Below are positions 39,135 to 51,539 of a stretch of DNA of 64,000 nucleotides, piece after piece. Under the pieces are notes generated by a model, which searched no databases, was not told where the DNA came from, and was given only the letters and a program-made list of their open reading frames with translations. The stretch spans positions 82,646,001 to 82,710,000 of the forward strand of contig JAGIQG010000010.1 in assembly GCA_024679065.1 (NCBI GenBank). Reading direction: 5' to 3'. The position numbers were made by a program, and so were the translations under genes. The stretch comes from Sphyrna mokarran. Its lineage: Eukaryota. The number at the start of each line of letters is the position of its first letter. Positions within the stretch are counted from its first letter, which is position 1.

Positions 39135-39440
39135 TCATAGAATCCCAACAGTACAGGGATAGAGCATTTGACCCAATGAGTCCACACTGACAGCAATCCC
39201 ATTCAGGGCTTATCCCCCTAAAGCCTATGTATTTACCCTGTTAACCTCCCTGACATTAAGGTTCAAGTTAGCTCGGCTAATCAATCTAACCTGCATATCT
39301 TTCGACTATGGGAGGAAAATGGAGCACCCAGATGAAATCCACGCAGACATGGAGAGAATGTGAAAACTCCATGCAATCAATTACCCAAGGCTGAAATCAG
39401 ACCTGGGACCCTGGCACTGTGTCACCATGCCACCATCCCA
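39135..39440 (-). mobile_element. HE1 SINE
   Basis: V-domain (gggaggaaaatggagcacccag) and tail ggattctatg. Confidence 0.85.
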
Positions 39441-39754
39441 TACAGTATCTTGGTGAGGGGTCTGTCAGTGAATTTTGCGGTTATCTTCCTGGCACTGCCC
39501 TGCCCCCTTCCCCCCCACTGATTGAAACAAGTGCTGGGGAGACTTTTGAAAGAAGCTCCCCCCAGCCCCCTGATTGCTGAGATGGAGTCATTCCAGGTGA
39601 GTGAATCAGGGACAGGGTATCATGAAGGTGGCATGGAACTTGTACTCAAATTTTAGTGGCTGAAAATACAGTGAATTTCTCGCCAAAAACCACTCTTCGA
39701 AAAGAGTTGAAGAATTAAAAATCACACCAATTTAGACTTCTTTTTCCTGACATT

Positions 39755-40048
39755 AAAGTTTATTTATTAGTGTCACAAGTAGCCTTACATTAACATTGCA
39801 TGAAGTTGCTGTGAAAATCCTTTAGTCGTCATGCTCCTGCGCCTGTTCAGATACACTGAGAGAGAGGGTTTAGCATGGCCAATGCACCTATTAACATGTC
39901 TTTCGAACAGTGGCAGGAAACCAGAGCACCTAGGCAGATGAAGAGAATGTGCAGATTCTGCACAAATAGTGACCCAAGCCGGGAATTGAACCCAGATCCC
40001 TGGCACTATGAAACAGCGGTACTAACCACCATGCCACCATGCTGCCCC
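39755..40048 (-). mobile_element. HE1/V-SINE with alternative 3' tail
   Basis: Head ggggcagcatggtggcatggtggttagtac and tail aatgtaaggctacttgtgacactaataaataaac. Confidence 0.88.
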
Positions 40049-40724
40049 ATTGTTTATTCACTGTCTTGGTTCTTTACACCATCTTCCTTCTTTTCTCACT
40101 ACATGGCCGAGATCTTTCCTACTGCCTATCTCAAATCCTGTTATTATTTTGTGTAACTGATTTGATCATGTTCTAAGCTCAAGGAAATACAAAACAGCTG
40201 GTCCAAGCAGAATTATAAATATAGCCATAAATTAACTTTTTAAGCTTCTGGTAAATTTGAGTTGTTTCCCATCCAAGTCCAATAAATCTTTGCTGATATG
40301 CGGTGTCTAAATTTGAATTGACTGCTTTAAGTGGAAGCTGTATAACTGACCCATAACTTCCTTGCCCCCTGTTTAATGCCCAAAGCATGGAACTTGATTT
40401 AACTTGTCTGGCTAAGGGCTCAACTGCACAAGAGCAGGAGGAGAAGGCTGCCCTGTAGTTTTAAATTTAGCATGCAAAATGAAATCCAATGCTTTGGAGC
40501 AAAAATGTGAAACTTCAACACTTTAGCACAATATGCTGCTCCAGCAGATATTTTTGGTCAATTGGAAAGGCTGGAAACTGGATTGCGGGGATTTTCCTCT
40601 CTTCACTTAACTTCAAGACCACAAGCTCCATAACATAAATTTGCATTCCAAAAATTAACTGCTAAATGAAAAAACATGCAGTTCGCTTTTGCTTCCGTTA
40701 TGCAATTACTTGTTCATGGAATCA

Positions 40725-41130
40725 CTGGTAAGATGCAGACTGAGTGGGGAACCTGGTAGAGGTCTGCAAAGATATGAGAGGCATAGGCAAGGTGTATAGT
40801 CAGAGGCTTTTTCCAAGGGTGGAAGTGTCAATAACAAGGGGAGCGCATGTTCAAGGTGAGAGGGAGAAAGTTTAAGAGAGATGTACTGGGGGGAAAGTTT
40901 ATTACACAGAGAATGGTGAGTGTCTGGAACATGCTGCCAGAGGAATGGTGAAAGTAGGCACATAGCAACAGTTAGGAGGCATTTAGATGGTACATTAATA
41001 GGGAGGGAATAGAGGAATATGGATCGAATAAGGACAGAAGGTTTCTTTTTCAGTTTCATTAGGGCATCTTGATCAGTACAGGCTTGGAGGACCAAAGGTC
41101 CTGTTCTTGCACTGTACTTTTCTTTGTTCT
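40725..41130 (+). mobile_element. CR1 LINE 3' fragment
   Basis: gaggctttttccaagggtgg...acacagagaatggtgagtgtctggaacatgctgccagagg. Confidence 0.88.
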
Positions 41131-41944
41131 TTTTGTGTAGAATTTTTACAGTGCTAAAGGAAGCCAGTCAGCCTATCAAGCTTGCACCGACTAGAATTCC
41201 ACCCAGCCCCTAACCCCATTGTGTTTCCACCCGACTTGTAATTTGATTAAGTAGCGAGACAACTTTATTGCACACGGGAGCACATACTTCCTGACTTATG
41301 ATGTTGTCTCCTTTTGGTTTCTTCATACATCTTTCATACGGAAAGGTTTTTGAGGGAATGCGTTTGAGATGTCAGCCAACAACTCGGAAACCAGCAGCTC
41401 TAGTGTGATTCGCTTGTGCTAACAAGCTTAATGAGGCAAATAAGACTGGTCAATGTGTGGCAGGTGCTGAATTCAGCTGGCAGTAATATTTCACATTGTT
41501 GATTGAGCATAACTAATATTCATGTGAAGAAGTTCTGTAGGTTCTATACTTTGTTTGTTAGGAGTCATGTTCTTGTACATATTTCAATTCTTGTTAGGCC
41601 AAATTTTCCTAGCCAGAGTCCAGATCCCAGTTGAAAAACCTTTTACAGAACACTGATTTTAATAGTTTTGACTGTGAAACATTGGAATATTCTTACATCT
41701 ACAACTCCAGTGATATCTCTGCTGCCATGTTAGAAGGCCCTTTCCTTCTGTCTCTTTGCAAAGGAGATTGCGTTTTTGCCATTCAGCCTGCAGAGAATTT
41801 GACAAAGTTGAATGTCCTAAAGTAAAACATGCTGAAAGAAAGCTTAATACATTGGGGAAAATTGCAATTTACGCCAGTGAGTCAGAAACAGGAGTGTTGA
41901 ACATGGTGCAGGTAAAATTAGACTTAGCTCACAAAGTATGCCTT

Positions 41945-42360
41945 AAACATAGAAATATAGAAACATAGAAAATAGAAGCAGAAGTAGGCCATTCAGCCCT
42001 TTGAACCTGCTCCGCCATTCATTTTGATCATGGCTGATCTGCAAATTTAATATTCTGATGTCCCCTTCCTCCCATATCTCTTGATTCCCTTTAGCCTCAA
42101 GAGCAATATCTAATTTCTCCCTGAAATCAGACAATGTTTTGCCTTCAGCTATATTCCGTGGCAGTGAATTCCACACATTCAACACCATCTGGGGGAAGAA
42201 ATTTCTCCACATTTCAGTTTGAAAAGTTTTATCCTTAAACTATGATCTTTAGGTCTGGACTCTCCCACCATTGGGAGTATTCTTTCTGAATTTACCCTGT
42301 CTAATCCTGTTAGAATCTTATAAGTTTCTGTGAGATTCTCTCTCACTCTTCTAAACTCAA
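41945..42360 (-). mobile_element. CR1 LINE 3' fragment
   Basis: RNFFPQMVLNVWNSLP and (tttctatg)n tail at 41945-41975. Confidence 0.9.
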
Positions 42361-42665
42361 GGATAATGTTATTCTTTTGTTTATGGAAGTGTTCTTACAA
42401 GTGTTGTTACGATGTACTCAGGTTTATACTGCAACTACATAGTTACATAACTTTTACAGCCACTCAGCCCAAAAGGTCCATGTCAAAGTTTATGCTTTGC
42501 ACAAGTCCCCTGCTCCCCCATGCTGCTTCATCTAACCCCATCTAACCTCCAATAAATGCACCGAGCCGCTTTGTAACAAGCTCTCTTTCAGGTGGATGAG
42601 TCAATTCGACATAAGATACAACAGGTTTGGAAGAAATGTGATGTTTTTTTTAGTGCATTGTAGTT

Positions 42666-43040
42666 TCACTTGGAGCTGGTGTACGTGGTCACTGCCTTTG
42701 GCCACTCTAACACAACATGCTTGACCAGTTCTCTGGGCAGTAGCAGAAGTATGCTGGTCTGGATCTCCAGGGAGTTGATAGTGCTGTGCTTGTTGTAATT
42801 GGACAGGTGGGAAAACTCACCTATGATATGTGCAAACAAGCTGACAAACAGGTTCATGAAGCTGATGGCCTTGAAGGAAATGGGGGTGTCGGGGTGAACC
42901 TGCTTCGTCACTTTGTAGATGTAGATGGAGTTACTTTCCTTCCTGGACCTCCTCTTCATCTTACAGCCTTTTGCTGGTGAATTCTTCTGCGCTTTCTTGG
43001 CATCCTTCTTGGAAACTTGTACTTTCTTTTCTTCAGGCAT
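42666..43040 (-). pseudogene. H2B: Solitary diverged histone H2B (full-length intronless ORF, 124 aa), probably an orphon pseudogene
   Basis: MPEEKK...[27 protein letters not shown]...MN.FV...YNK.STI...EIQT...LLLP.EL.KH.V.E..KAVT.YTSSK. Many substitutions at invariant residues, one in-frame codon loss, and no intact 3' stem-loop. Confidence 0.9.
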
Positions 43041-44649
43041 GGTGATTGCAGACTGCAGACAATGAATGTCTTCTTCCGTGTTTGCTTGCTCATAAGTGTC
43101 CACTTGAGAAACTCTATGTCATGGGCTGTGAGTCCTCGCATGGCTGATCGGTCAGATCCTAGTGTCACATATCCCACCATATATTTGGCAGGTGTTTTCA
43201 GGAGGTGGTGAAAAAATATGTTTTCCAGTTTGCTTCAAAACAAAAACAGAACATTATGAATGCTGGAAATCTGAAATAAAACAGGAAATGCTGAATAAAC
43301 TCTGCAGGTCTGGCAGTATCTGTGGAACAAGAAACAGAGTTAATAGGCAGGAATTTATGGCCTCACTCATCCTGAAGCCATAAAATCCCTCCCTCCACCC
43401 CTGAGGTCAATGGACTTTCCCATTGCCAACCCCTCACCCACTCTGATTCCCATTGCAGGTGGCGGGCAGGGGGGGGAATAAAATTCAAACTAACAGTTCA
43501 GATCAAGGAGCCTTTTTCCAGCAGTTTCTGTTTTATTTTTTAATCACAAGTTCTCTTCATTTGTGCCATCCTTCCCTTTACAGATTTTCTACTGTAGAAA
43601 AGCCAGTATCAACAGAAGGTGCAGCATTGCACTGTTCTTCATCAGTACAACTCAAAACATTACCAAGAGAGGAATTTTATCTCCCCACTACTGGCGGGTT
43701 TGCAGGTGAGATGGGGTAGGGCGAGGGGACGAGTTGGTGTGGGTGACCTTTTGTAGGTGGTCTGGCACTTGGGCACCTCACTGTTCTACAGCTTTTAATT
43801 TAAACAAGGACAGTAATTCAATAATTTCTTTATTTAACACTTTTAGTATCAATTCAAGTTTAAACAGTTGCAACTCATTAACTCTTTACTGAACTTCAAC
43901 TCAAACTGAACATCAACTTTCAACTGAACTTTAACTCTTACATTGCATTTTAACTTTAACTGAACATCAACTTTAACTGCTTAACTGAAAATCGATGTTA
44001 GAGAGTTTATGAAAACCTTGGTCAAGAAGTATTCTTGATGTAAAATATATCTTCTTTTTCTCTGAAGCATCCTTCAGGGTACAGGGTACGCCTTACAGCC
44101 TTTTGCTGGTGAATTCTTCTGCGCTTGCAATGGTTGGTCTCTTCAGCATTTTGCCAGCAAACAAAGTTTCATATATCTTTTTATCCACAGTATTATCACT
44201 CACGTTTGGAAGATTCTGTCATCCAGCCAACTGCGTAACCAGAAACAGATTACGTGCCTTGAACATCCAATGAAATTACTTTCAAACAACACCATTATAC
44301 TTAATTCAAACTGCATACCCCATACGTAGCAGCTATATAAATTAGAGATGCAATGACTGTGTCAATGTAAACAGCTTCCTTTATCTGACCAATACAGAAA
44401 GCTTCAGATTACAGCTCACAGTTGAGAGCAACTTTACAATTTACATCTAGTTTTAAACTATATGTTGGCTAAAATCCCAGCATGCTTAACTCTCAGCCAG
44501 AAATCTATTTAAAACCACTATTACCATTATTGTTATTAAATTATTGTTGCAGTCATTCTTTCTCCATTCATATCACCTACCCAATAATCCAACCATTGTC
44601 AGTCCCACCTGCGACAAAGACAGTAGTTTGCACATTGCCCTCCTCAATC

Positions 44650-44880
44650 ATCGAGAGTCATAGAGTCGTAGAGGTTTATAGCATGGAAACAGGCCTTTTG
44701 GCCTAACTTGTCTATGCCGCCCAGTCTTTACCATTAAGCTAGTCCCAATTGCCCATGGTTGGGCCATTTCCCTCTATGCCCATTTTACCTATGTAACTGT
44801 CTAAATGCTTTTAAAAGACAAAATTGTACCCACCTCTACCATTACTACTGGCAACTGGTGTGTGAAAAAATTACTCCCTG
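44650..44880 (-). mobile_element. CR1 LINE 3'UTR fragment
   Basis: gcatggaaacaggccttttggcc...ttttaaaagacaaaattgtacc. Same subfamily as 47380-48010. Confidence 0.85.
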
Positions 44881-45084
44881 GGTACACACAAATCCAACTA
44901 CATCCGATAAACAACAAAACTTCTGATATATTTCACAGAGTATCAAATAGTGACAAAATCTCTTGTTCAAATCATTTTTTAAAATTCATTCATTGGACGT
45001 AGGCATCACTGGCTGGCCATCATTTATTACCCATCTCTAGTTTCCCTTGAGAAGGTGGCAGTGAGTTGCCATCTTGAATCACTA

Positions 45085-45780
45085 TGATGTAGAGATGTTG
45101 GTGTTGGTCTGGGGTAAGCACAATAAGAAGTCTCACATACCAAGTTAAACTCCAACAATTTATTTGGTAGCTTTCGGAGCACTGCCCCTTCATCAAGTGA
45201 GTGGGAGCTGTGTTCACAAACATGGCATATATAGACACAAACTCAATTTACACAATAATGGTTTGAATGTGACTCTTTACAGGTAATAATGTCTTAAACA
45301 TACAGACAATGTGAGTGGAGAGAGGATTTAGCACAGGTTAACGAGATCTGTATTGTCTCTAGCCAGGACAGTTAGTGAGATTTTGCAAGCCCAGGCAAGT
45401 TGTAGGTATTACAGATAGTGTGACATGAACCTAAGATCCCAGTTGAGGCTGTCCTCATGTGTGCGGTACTTGGCTATCAGTCTCAGTTCAGTGATTCTGT
45501 ATTGTCGTGAAGGCTGCCCTTGGAGAATGCTTACCCGAATGCCCGATACTGCTGAAGTGTTCCTAAGAGGAAGGGAACACTCCTGCCTCGTGACTGTCGA
45601 GAGGTGTTCATTCATCCATCGTCACAGCATCTGCGTGATCTACCCAATGTACTGTGCTTGGGACATCCTTTCCTGCAGCGTGTCAGGTAGGCAATGTTGG
45701 CTGAGTATATACTGCTTATGTGGTGGATGGTGTTTTCATGTGAGATGATGGCATCCACGTCTATGATCTGCAGAGGTTGC
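45085..45780 (-). mobile_element. Penelope-like element 3' part (GIY-YIG remnant, 3'UTR, tail)
   Basis: Collinear with 52827-53510. SANIAYLTRCRKGCPK and MNEHLSTVTRQECSLP. Contains a hammerhead motif at 45168-45199. Confidence 0.92.
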
Positions 45781-46180
45781 TGAACATCCCCACTTCTGAC
45801 CATATGATAGAGGGAAGGTCATTAATAAGGCAGCTGAAGATTGTTGGGCCTAGGACACTATCCTGAAGGACTCCTATTGAGATATCATGGATCTGAGATG
45901 ACTGACCCTCCACAACCACAACCATCTTTCTACGTACAGGTATGACTGCAACCAGTGGAGGGTTTGTCCTCTGATATCCATTGATTCCAATTTTGCTAGG
46001 GCTCCTTGATGCCACACTCAGTCAAATGCGGCTTTGATTTCAAGGGCTGTCACTTTCATCTCATCTCCGGAATTCAGCCCATTTGTCCATGTTTGAACCA
46101 AGGCTGTAATGAAGTCAGGAGCTGAGTGACCCTAGCAAAACTCAAACTGGGTGTCATTGAGCAGGTTATTGCTGAGTGAC
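45780..46180 (-). mobile_element. LINE RT fragment (CR1/L2-group family)
   Basis: VVVVEGQSS...GVLQDSVLGPTIFSCLINDLP..I.SEVGMF (GVPQGSVLGP/FADD region). Confidence 0.88.
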
Positions 46181-46244
46181 ACCCAGTTGATGCCAGCATT
46201 TATCAGCAGCATGTTTTAATTCATTTCCCTGAAGTAGTGCTCCT

Positions 46245-46667
46245 TCCACAGTCAAAGATGTGCCAGTTAGGTGGATTGGCCATGTTAAATTACCCCTTAT
46301 TGTCAGGGGGATTCACTAGGATAAATACATAGGGTTATAGGGATAGGGTGGGACTGTAATTGGTACAGACTGTGGTTGGTGCCTGGGTTCAATTCCTGGC
46401 TTGAGTCACTGCCTGGGTGGAGTTTGCACATTCTCCTTGTGTCTGCGTGGGTTCCCTCTGGGTGCTCCAATTTCCTCCCACAGTCCAAAGATGTGCGGGT
46501 TAGGTTCATTGGCCATACTAAATGTCCCCTTAGTGTCCCTGGATGCGTAGGTTAGAGGAATTAGTGTGTAAATATGTGGGGATATGGGGACAGAGCCAGG
46601 ATGGCATTGTGGTCGGTGCAAACTCGATGGACCGAATGGCCTCTTTCTGCACTGTAGGATTCTATGG
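46245..46667 (+). mobile_element. HE1 SINEs (one partial plus one near-complete, adjoining or nested)
   Basis: Two V-domain segments cccacagtccaaagatgtgc and tail gcactgtaggattctatg. Confidence 0.88.
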
Positions 46668-47379
46668 ACGTATTTCTTTCCTTGTATCATAATTTTTGTT
46701 CTCTGATATAGGAGATTAATGACAAATCTCAACTCCTCCTTTTCTCATCTCTTCAGCTGTTGTCCCATGCTGTTATGGGAACAAGACAGCAGAGGAAAAT
46801 CCAAAAGTTCAGCAAAGTTTCGGCTTTGCTGAGAAAGAAAGCTGAACTTGATTAATGCACTTAGAGGTATGGAGGAAATGAAAGATGATTTATTTCTGAT
46901 TACCTGAGAGTGGGGTGGGTATTTTTTTGAAATGTTGCAGATTAACTTGAAAAGCATTTGGTTGTCTGCAGGCGCCTAACGTCTGAAAGGGCAAAGTTCA
47001 ATAAATGAAAACAGGAGGGAGTTCAGCTTCTTCTGTTTGGCCAAACATTGGGCTCAGGATGACAGAATGATTCATGACCGGATTGCAAAGGGACAAAGGG
47101 ATGAAAATTTACTGTTAGGCTTGGAGTTGACCCTTGACCAAGCAGTAGCTCAACTATTATGGAGTGAAAAAATGTCACAGGGCAGACTACAATTCTTGGC
47201 AGAAGAAGCTGTGTAATATATGGAAGTAAAACAGACCAACTCATCTAACAAGTAGCTTTAACTGCTCACAAAATAATGCAGAGTCAGCAGAATTTTTGAA
47301 CAACATAAAGGATCTGCTGAAGGTGTCAACAGATCCAAAGGTAGATTGATTCCCTCCATGGTGGAAAAGGGGGACTCAC

Positions 47380-48010
47380 GGAATCATAGAGGCTTACAGC
47401 ATGAAAACAGGCTCTTTGGCCCAACTTGTCCTAAGCTAATCCCAATTGCCCGCATTTGATCCATATTCCTCCATACCCATCTCATCCATGTAACTACTTA
47501 AATGTTTTTTAAAAGACAAAATTGTACCTGTCTCTACTTCTACCTCTGGCAGCTTGTCCCAGACATTCACCACGCTCTGTGTGAAAAGATTACTTGTCTG
47601 ACACTTCTGTATCTCTTCCCTCTCACCTTAATCCTATGCCTTCTAGTTTTAAACTCCCCTGCCTTTGGGGAAAGATATTGACTATCTAGTTGATCTATGC
47701 CCCTCATTATTTTATAGACCTCTATAAGATCACCCTTAGCCACCTATGCTTCAGAGAAAAAAGTCCCAGTTTATCCAGCCTCTCCTTATAACTCAAGTAC
47801 CGGTAGCATCTTAGTAAATCTTTTCTGCACTCTTTCTTGTTTAATAATATCCTTTTTATAATAGGGTGACCAGAACTGTTTCAGGGAGCTATGAACCTGT
47901 ACCCCTAGATCGCTTTGTTCTGTAACTTTCCCCAAAGCCTTACCATTATCTGAGTAAGTCCTGCTCTCGTTCAATCTACCAAAATGCATCACATTTGTCT
48001 AAATTAAACT
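47380..48010 (-). mobile_element. CR1 LINE fragment with internal deletions
   Basis: MHFGR...DLGVQVHSSLK|QFWSPYYKKDI..ERVQKRFTKML. Confidence 0.92.
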
Positions 48011-48281
48011 ATTTTGTTAAATTAATTAAAGATATTTAATTAAATTAATTAAAGATATTTTGAACCTCTTATGGATGCACTAAAAAAAGCTTTTGATTTA
48101 CCACACAATTTGTCCATCCATGCATGAACTGTCACTTTTCTTGTGTGGTGTGCTATTACCTTGGGAAACAGCGACCAACCCACAAAATAACTAAAGAGAA
48201 GATGGCTGAAAATAAAGTTGCCTTCTGATGAATCTTGCTCCTGAATTCCCATAAATATCTTGGAAATGTAGAATTATATTG

Positions 48282-48590
48282 GCAAAGGATGGCATGATGG
48301 CACAGTGGTTAGCACTGCGGCCTCACAATGCCAGAGAGCTGGGATCAATTCCAGCCTTGGGTCACTGTCTGTGTGGAGCTTTCATGTTCTCCTCATGTCT
48401 ACGTGGGTTTCCTCCAGTTGCTCCGGTTTCTTCCCACAGTCCAAAGACCGTGTACATTAGTTGCATTAGCTATGGAAATGTGTGGGTCGTAGAGATTGGG
48501 CGGAGGGCTGTGCCTGGAAAAGATGCTCCTTTGAAGAAATAGTGCTGGCCTTATGGGCTGAATGGCCTCTTTCTACATTGTAGGGATTAT
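48282..48590 (+). mobile_element. HE1 SINE
   Basis: ggcacagtggttagcactgcggcctcac...gggctgaatggcctctttctacattgtagggatt. Confidence 0.9.
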
Positions 48591-48998
48591 CTGTGATTCA
48601 ATGGGACCCTCCAAAGCTGGACTCCCCCTTTCCTTCTGCCTTTCCCAGCCTTATGTAGTACTGTGGCAGGAGCTGAGTATTGTTCTTAATTGCCAACTTA
48701 TCTAAGGATGAGCAGGATCCATGATACCTTCCTCATTCATGGGAATAAGTGGTGGGGGGGGGGAGGGGAGCTTGGGAATGGACAGGATTGCAGTGTTCTC
48801 GGCACCTGCTTTATTTGGTGTGTCCCCCTCCTTCAGAAATGTTGGCAGGGGCTGTAATGTTACGACAGTGCTATTGACAAGTGCAGCATTGATTGCCCAT
48901 TCATAATTGACTTTAAGAAGTTGGTGGTGAGCAGACGTTTGAACTGCTGGGGTCTGTGTGGAGTAGATAGAGCACAGCACTGTTAGGGAGGTGGTTTC

Positions 48999-49138
48999 AT
49001 GGCCAGGATTCTACAGCCCAGTGTGGAGTGTCTCTTCCCTCTCCTGTAGGGTATGTGGTGAGCCATTTAAGTCTCTGCTCAATTCAGCAGGACCATAATA
49101 TCCCATCAGACGAGACGAGCCATAAAATCCTGGCCCAT
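48999..49138. mobile_element. Small MITE-like element
   Basis: TIRs atggccaggattcta / taaaatcctggcccat. Confidence 0.65.
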
Positions 49139-49342
49139 GTTTCTGACCTAGCGATAGTGATAAGATGCCAAGTCAAGATGGTACGTGATCTGGGGTGGTG
49201 ATTTGCTGGGGGTTAGGATGGTGCAGTCACTGATATTATAATCAGAAAACAACACAGAGATTCCCAACATTGCTTGCTGTTGCGATTACATCCAGGGGAA
49301 CAAATGCAAGTGCGCTTGCAAACTTACTTAGTCTCTCTTATA

Positions 49343-49530
49343 ATAAAACAGAAAACATTGGAAAATCTCAGTAGGTTTGACAGCACCTGTGGGGAGAGAA
49401 TAGACCCAATGTTTCAAGTTGAATGACTCTTCGTCAGAGAGGATCCCCACTGATGCTGTCAGACCTCTGAGATTTTCCAGCATTTCTTGTTTTTGTTTCA
49501 GATTCCAGTATCTGCAGTATTTTGTTCTTA
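49343..49530. mobile_element. Palindromic terminus of the second PLE family, with a hammerhead motif
   Basis: Inverted arms aaacagaaaacattggaaaatctcag / ctgagattttccagcatttcttgttttt plus a one-sided tail. Minus strand 49403-49440 reads CTGACGA-A-GAGT.CATTCA.ACTT-GAAA-CATT. Confidence 0.7.
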
Positions 49531-49961
49531 TCTTCATTCCTCTGTACACCCAATCAGCCATCCGCTGGAAAGAAATTGGACCCTCTATTATTACCATCCA
49601 TAGCTCCTGGCCACAGCATGAGGTAAAAGTGTATATTGTCACAACAATTCAAATTCACTGGGCTGGGGAAGTTGGTGTAGTTTTACAAGTCAGTAAGTGT
49701 GGATCAGACTGATGTGGCGAATTGGAGCCCCATTCTGACTGGAGTGGATTCTGGACCTTTATCTTTGCTGTATCCACGGTGGAAGTCTTGCCTCTGTGAG
49801 TGGGACCTGCTTTCGGGTACAGATTTGAAGAAGTTTTGTTTAAAGTTCTGTGAGCTCTATTGTTGCAACCAGTCCAACTGTTGAATGAGTTGGTTAGTTG
49901 TTGAGTTCCCACTGTCCAAGGCAAAATGCAACCTGGTCAGTCATAATAGTCCCATGATGTC

Positions 49962-50190
49962 CTTTTAATTCATTCGTGGGATGTGGATGCCGCTGGATGA
50001 TCAGTATTTATTACCTATTCCTATGCCTTTGGAGGGCAGTTGTGAATCAACCACATTGCTTGGGCTGTGGGCTCACATGTAGGCCAGGCCAGATAAAGAT
50101 GGCAGATTTCCTTCCCGAAAGGACATGAGTGAACCAGATGGGCTTTTACAACAATCGATGGTTTCATGGTCATCAATAGATTCTTAACTG
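49962..50190 (-). mobile_element. tRNA-derived SINE, 3' part
   Basis: Same family as 26458-26820. Confidence 0.8.
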
Positions 50191-50335
50191 AATGGAGAGA
50201 TGGATGTGATTATAACTAGTGCTTTTCATGGCCCCATAAAGAAATTAAAGCAAAGAATTTAGTGTACATCTTCTTGGGTCATATTCCTAATCAGCTGACC
50301 TGGTGGGTCAGTCACTGCTGTTCCCATTAATTCCA

Positions 50336-50627
50336 GGCACAGTGGTTAGCACAGCAGCAGGGACCCTCGTTCAATTCCGACCTTGGGTCACTGTCTGTGT
50401 GGAGTTTGCACATTCCCTTCATGTTTGCGTTAGGTTTCCTCTAGGTACTCTGGTTCTTCCCACAGTCCAAAGATTTAGGGGTTAGGTAGATTGGCCCTAA
50501 GTTGACTCTGGTGTCAGGGGATCAGCACGATAAATATGAGGTATTACAGGAATAAGGCCTGGGTGAGATTATGGTCTGTGCAGACTCAATGAGCCGCATG
50601 GATCTGTAGGGATTCTATGATTCTATG
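50336..50627 (+). mobile_element. HE1 SINE
   Basis: ggcacagtggttagcac...ctgtagggattctatgattctatg. Confidence 0.88.
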
Positions 50628-51539
50628 ACACCATTGGTTCCCATATACATTTGTAAACAAGGAGCTGCTGGTGTTGGGCCAGTGTTACTGAGCCTGTTCT
50701 TGTGGAGGAGCTTCACTTGTATTTGGTAAATTCCTGGCAGCTTCAGGCTGGCTAAGTAACCTGGACAATTTATCTGCCCATTTACCCAGTGCCTACATAA
50801 AGTGAGAAGCATTAATAACCATTCATATAAAGAGTGGTCAGGGGTTAAAATTGCTCCTAGGTCTTATTCTGTTTTAATTTTCACTGATATAACTCAAGTA
50901 TTGCTTGTGAGAAAAATTAACTTTAAATGCTATAAATTAACTTTGGGTATGATAGCCTCCTGTGGTGAGAAGATACTGATAACTTTATTATTTTGAAGCA
51001 GTTTTTTCCATAATTATGCATTTTCTAAATATAGAAATCCTTTCCAAATTACTGTCCCCACATTCATAAAAATGCCACTGCTATTACATCAGGGAACCCA
51101 TCCCATTTGTTGTGGGTTTCAAGTCCTTCATTTTAAATCCAAAATGGTTAAGTTGTGTATTCTGTGTATTTTTAAATGAAACAGCATCACATTTTCCAGC
51201 TCAATGAATATAGAAAATAAGTAGAGCTCATTTTGAGAAATATTGATTTTCCCATGTTGACCCAACCCATCATCTTGCACTGTCCCATCGCTCAGTACTT
51301 GGACTTGTACGTCATTGAGGTGTATGAAACAATAGCTTGCTGAAGCACATCTTATTTGAACACACTCCATCTTAATTTCTCTCTTTCTCTCTAGTTAATG
51401 GTCAGTCCAATAATCGGTAGCTAATGACAAAAGTGGGCAAACAGTTCAGCTGACAATGGGAGATGGCCCCAATCTCAGCCATAGTGAGGAGAACTTTCCC
51501 TGGAAAGATAGAAGCTGAGGGATGAGCTAATAGACTTAT

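Noticed and set aside
43041-43103. 21-aa N-terminal extension of H2B in the ORF track
   Set aside because: Non-ATG start. The canonical MPE start with good context is at 43040.
43860-43990. (aact/ttaact)-rich degenerate repeat
   Set aside because: Low-complexity sequence, probably inside an unidentified LTR-like repeat. No boundaries or TSD could be supported.
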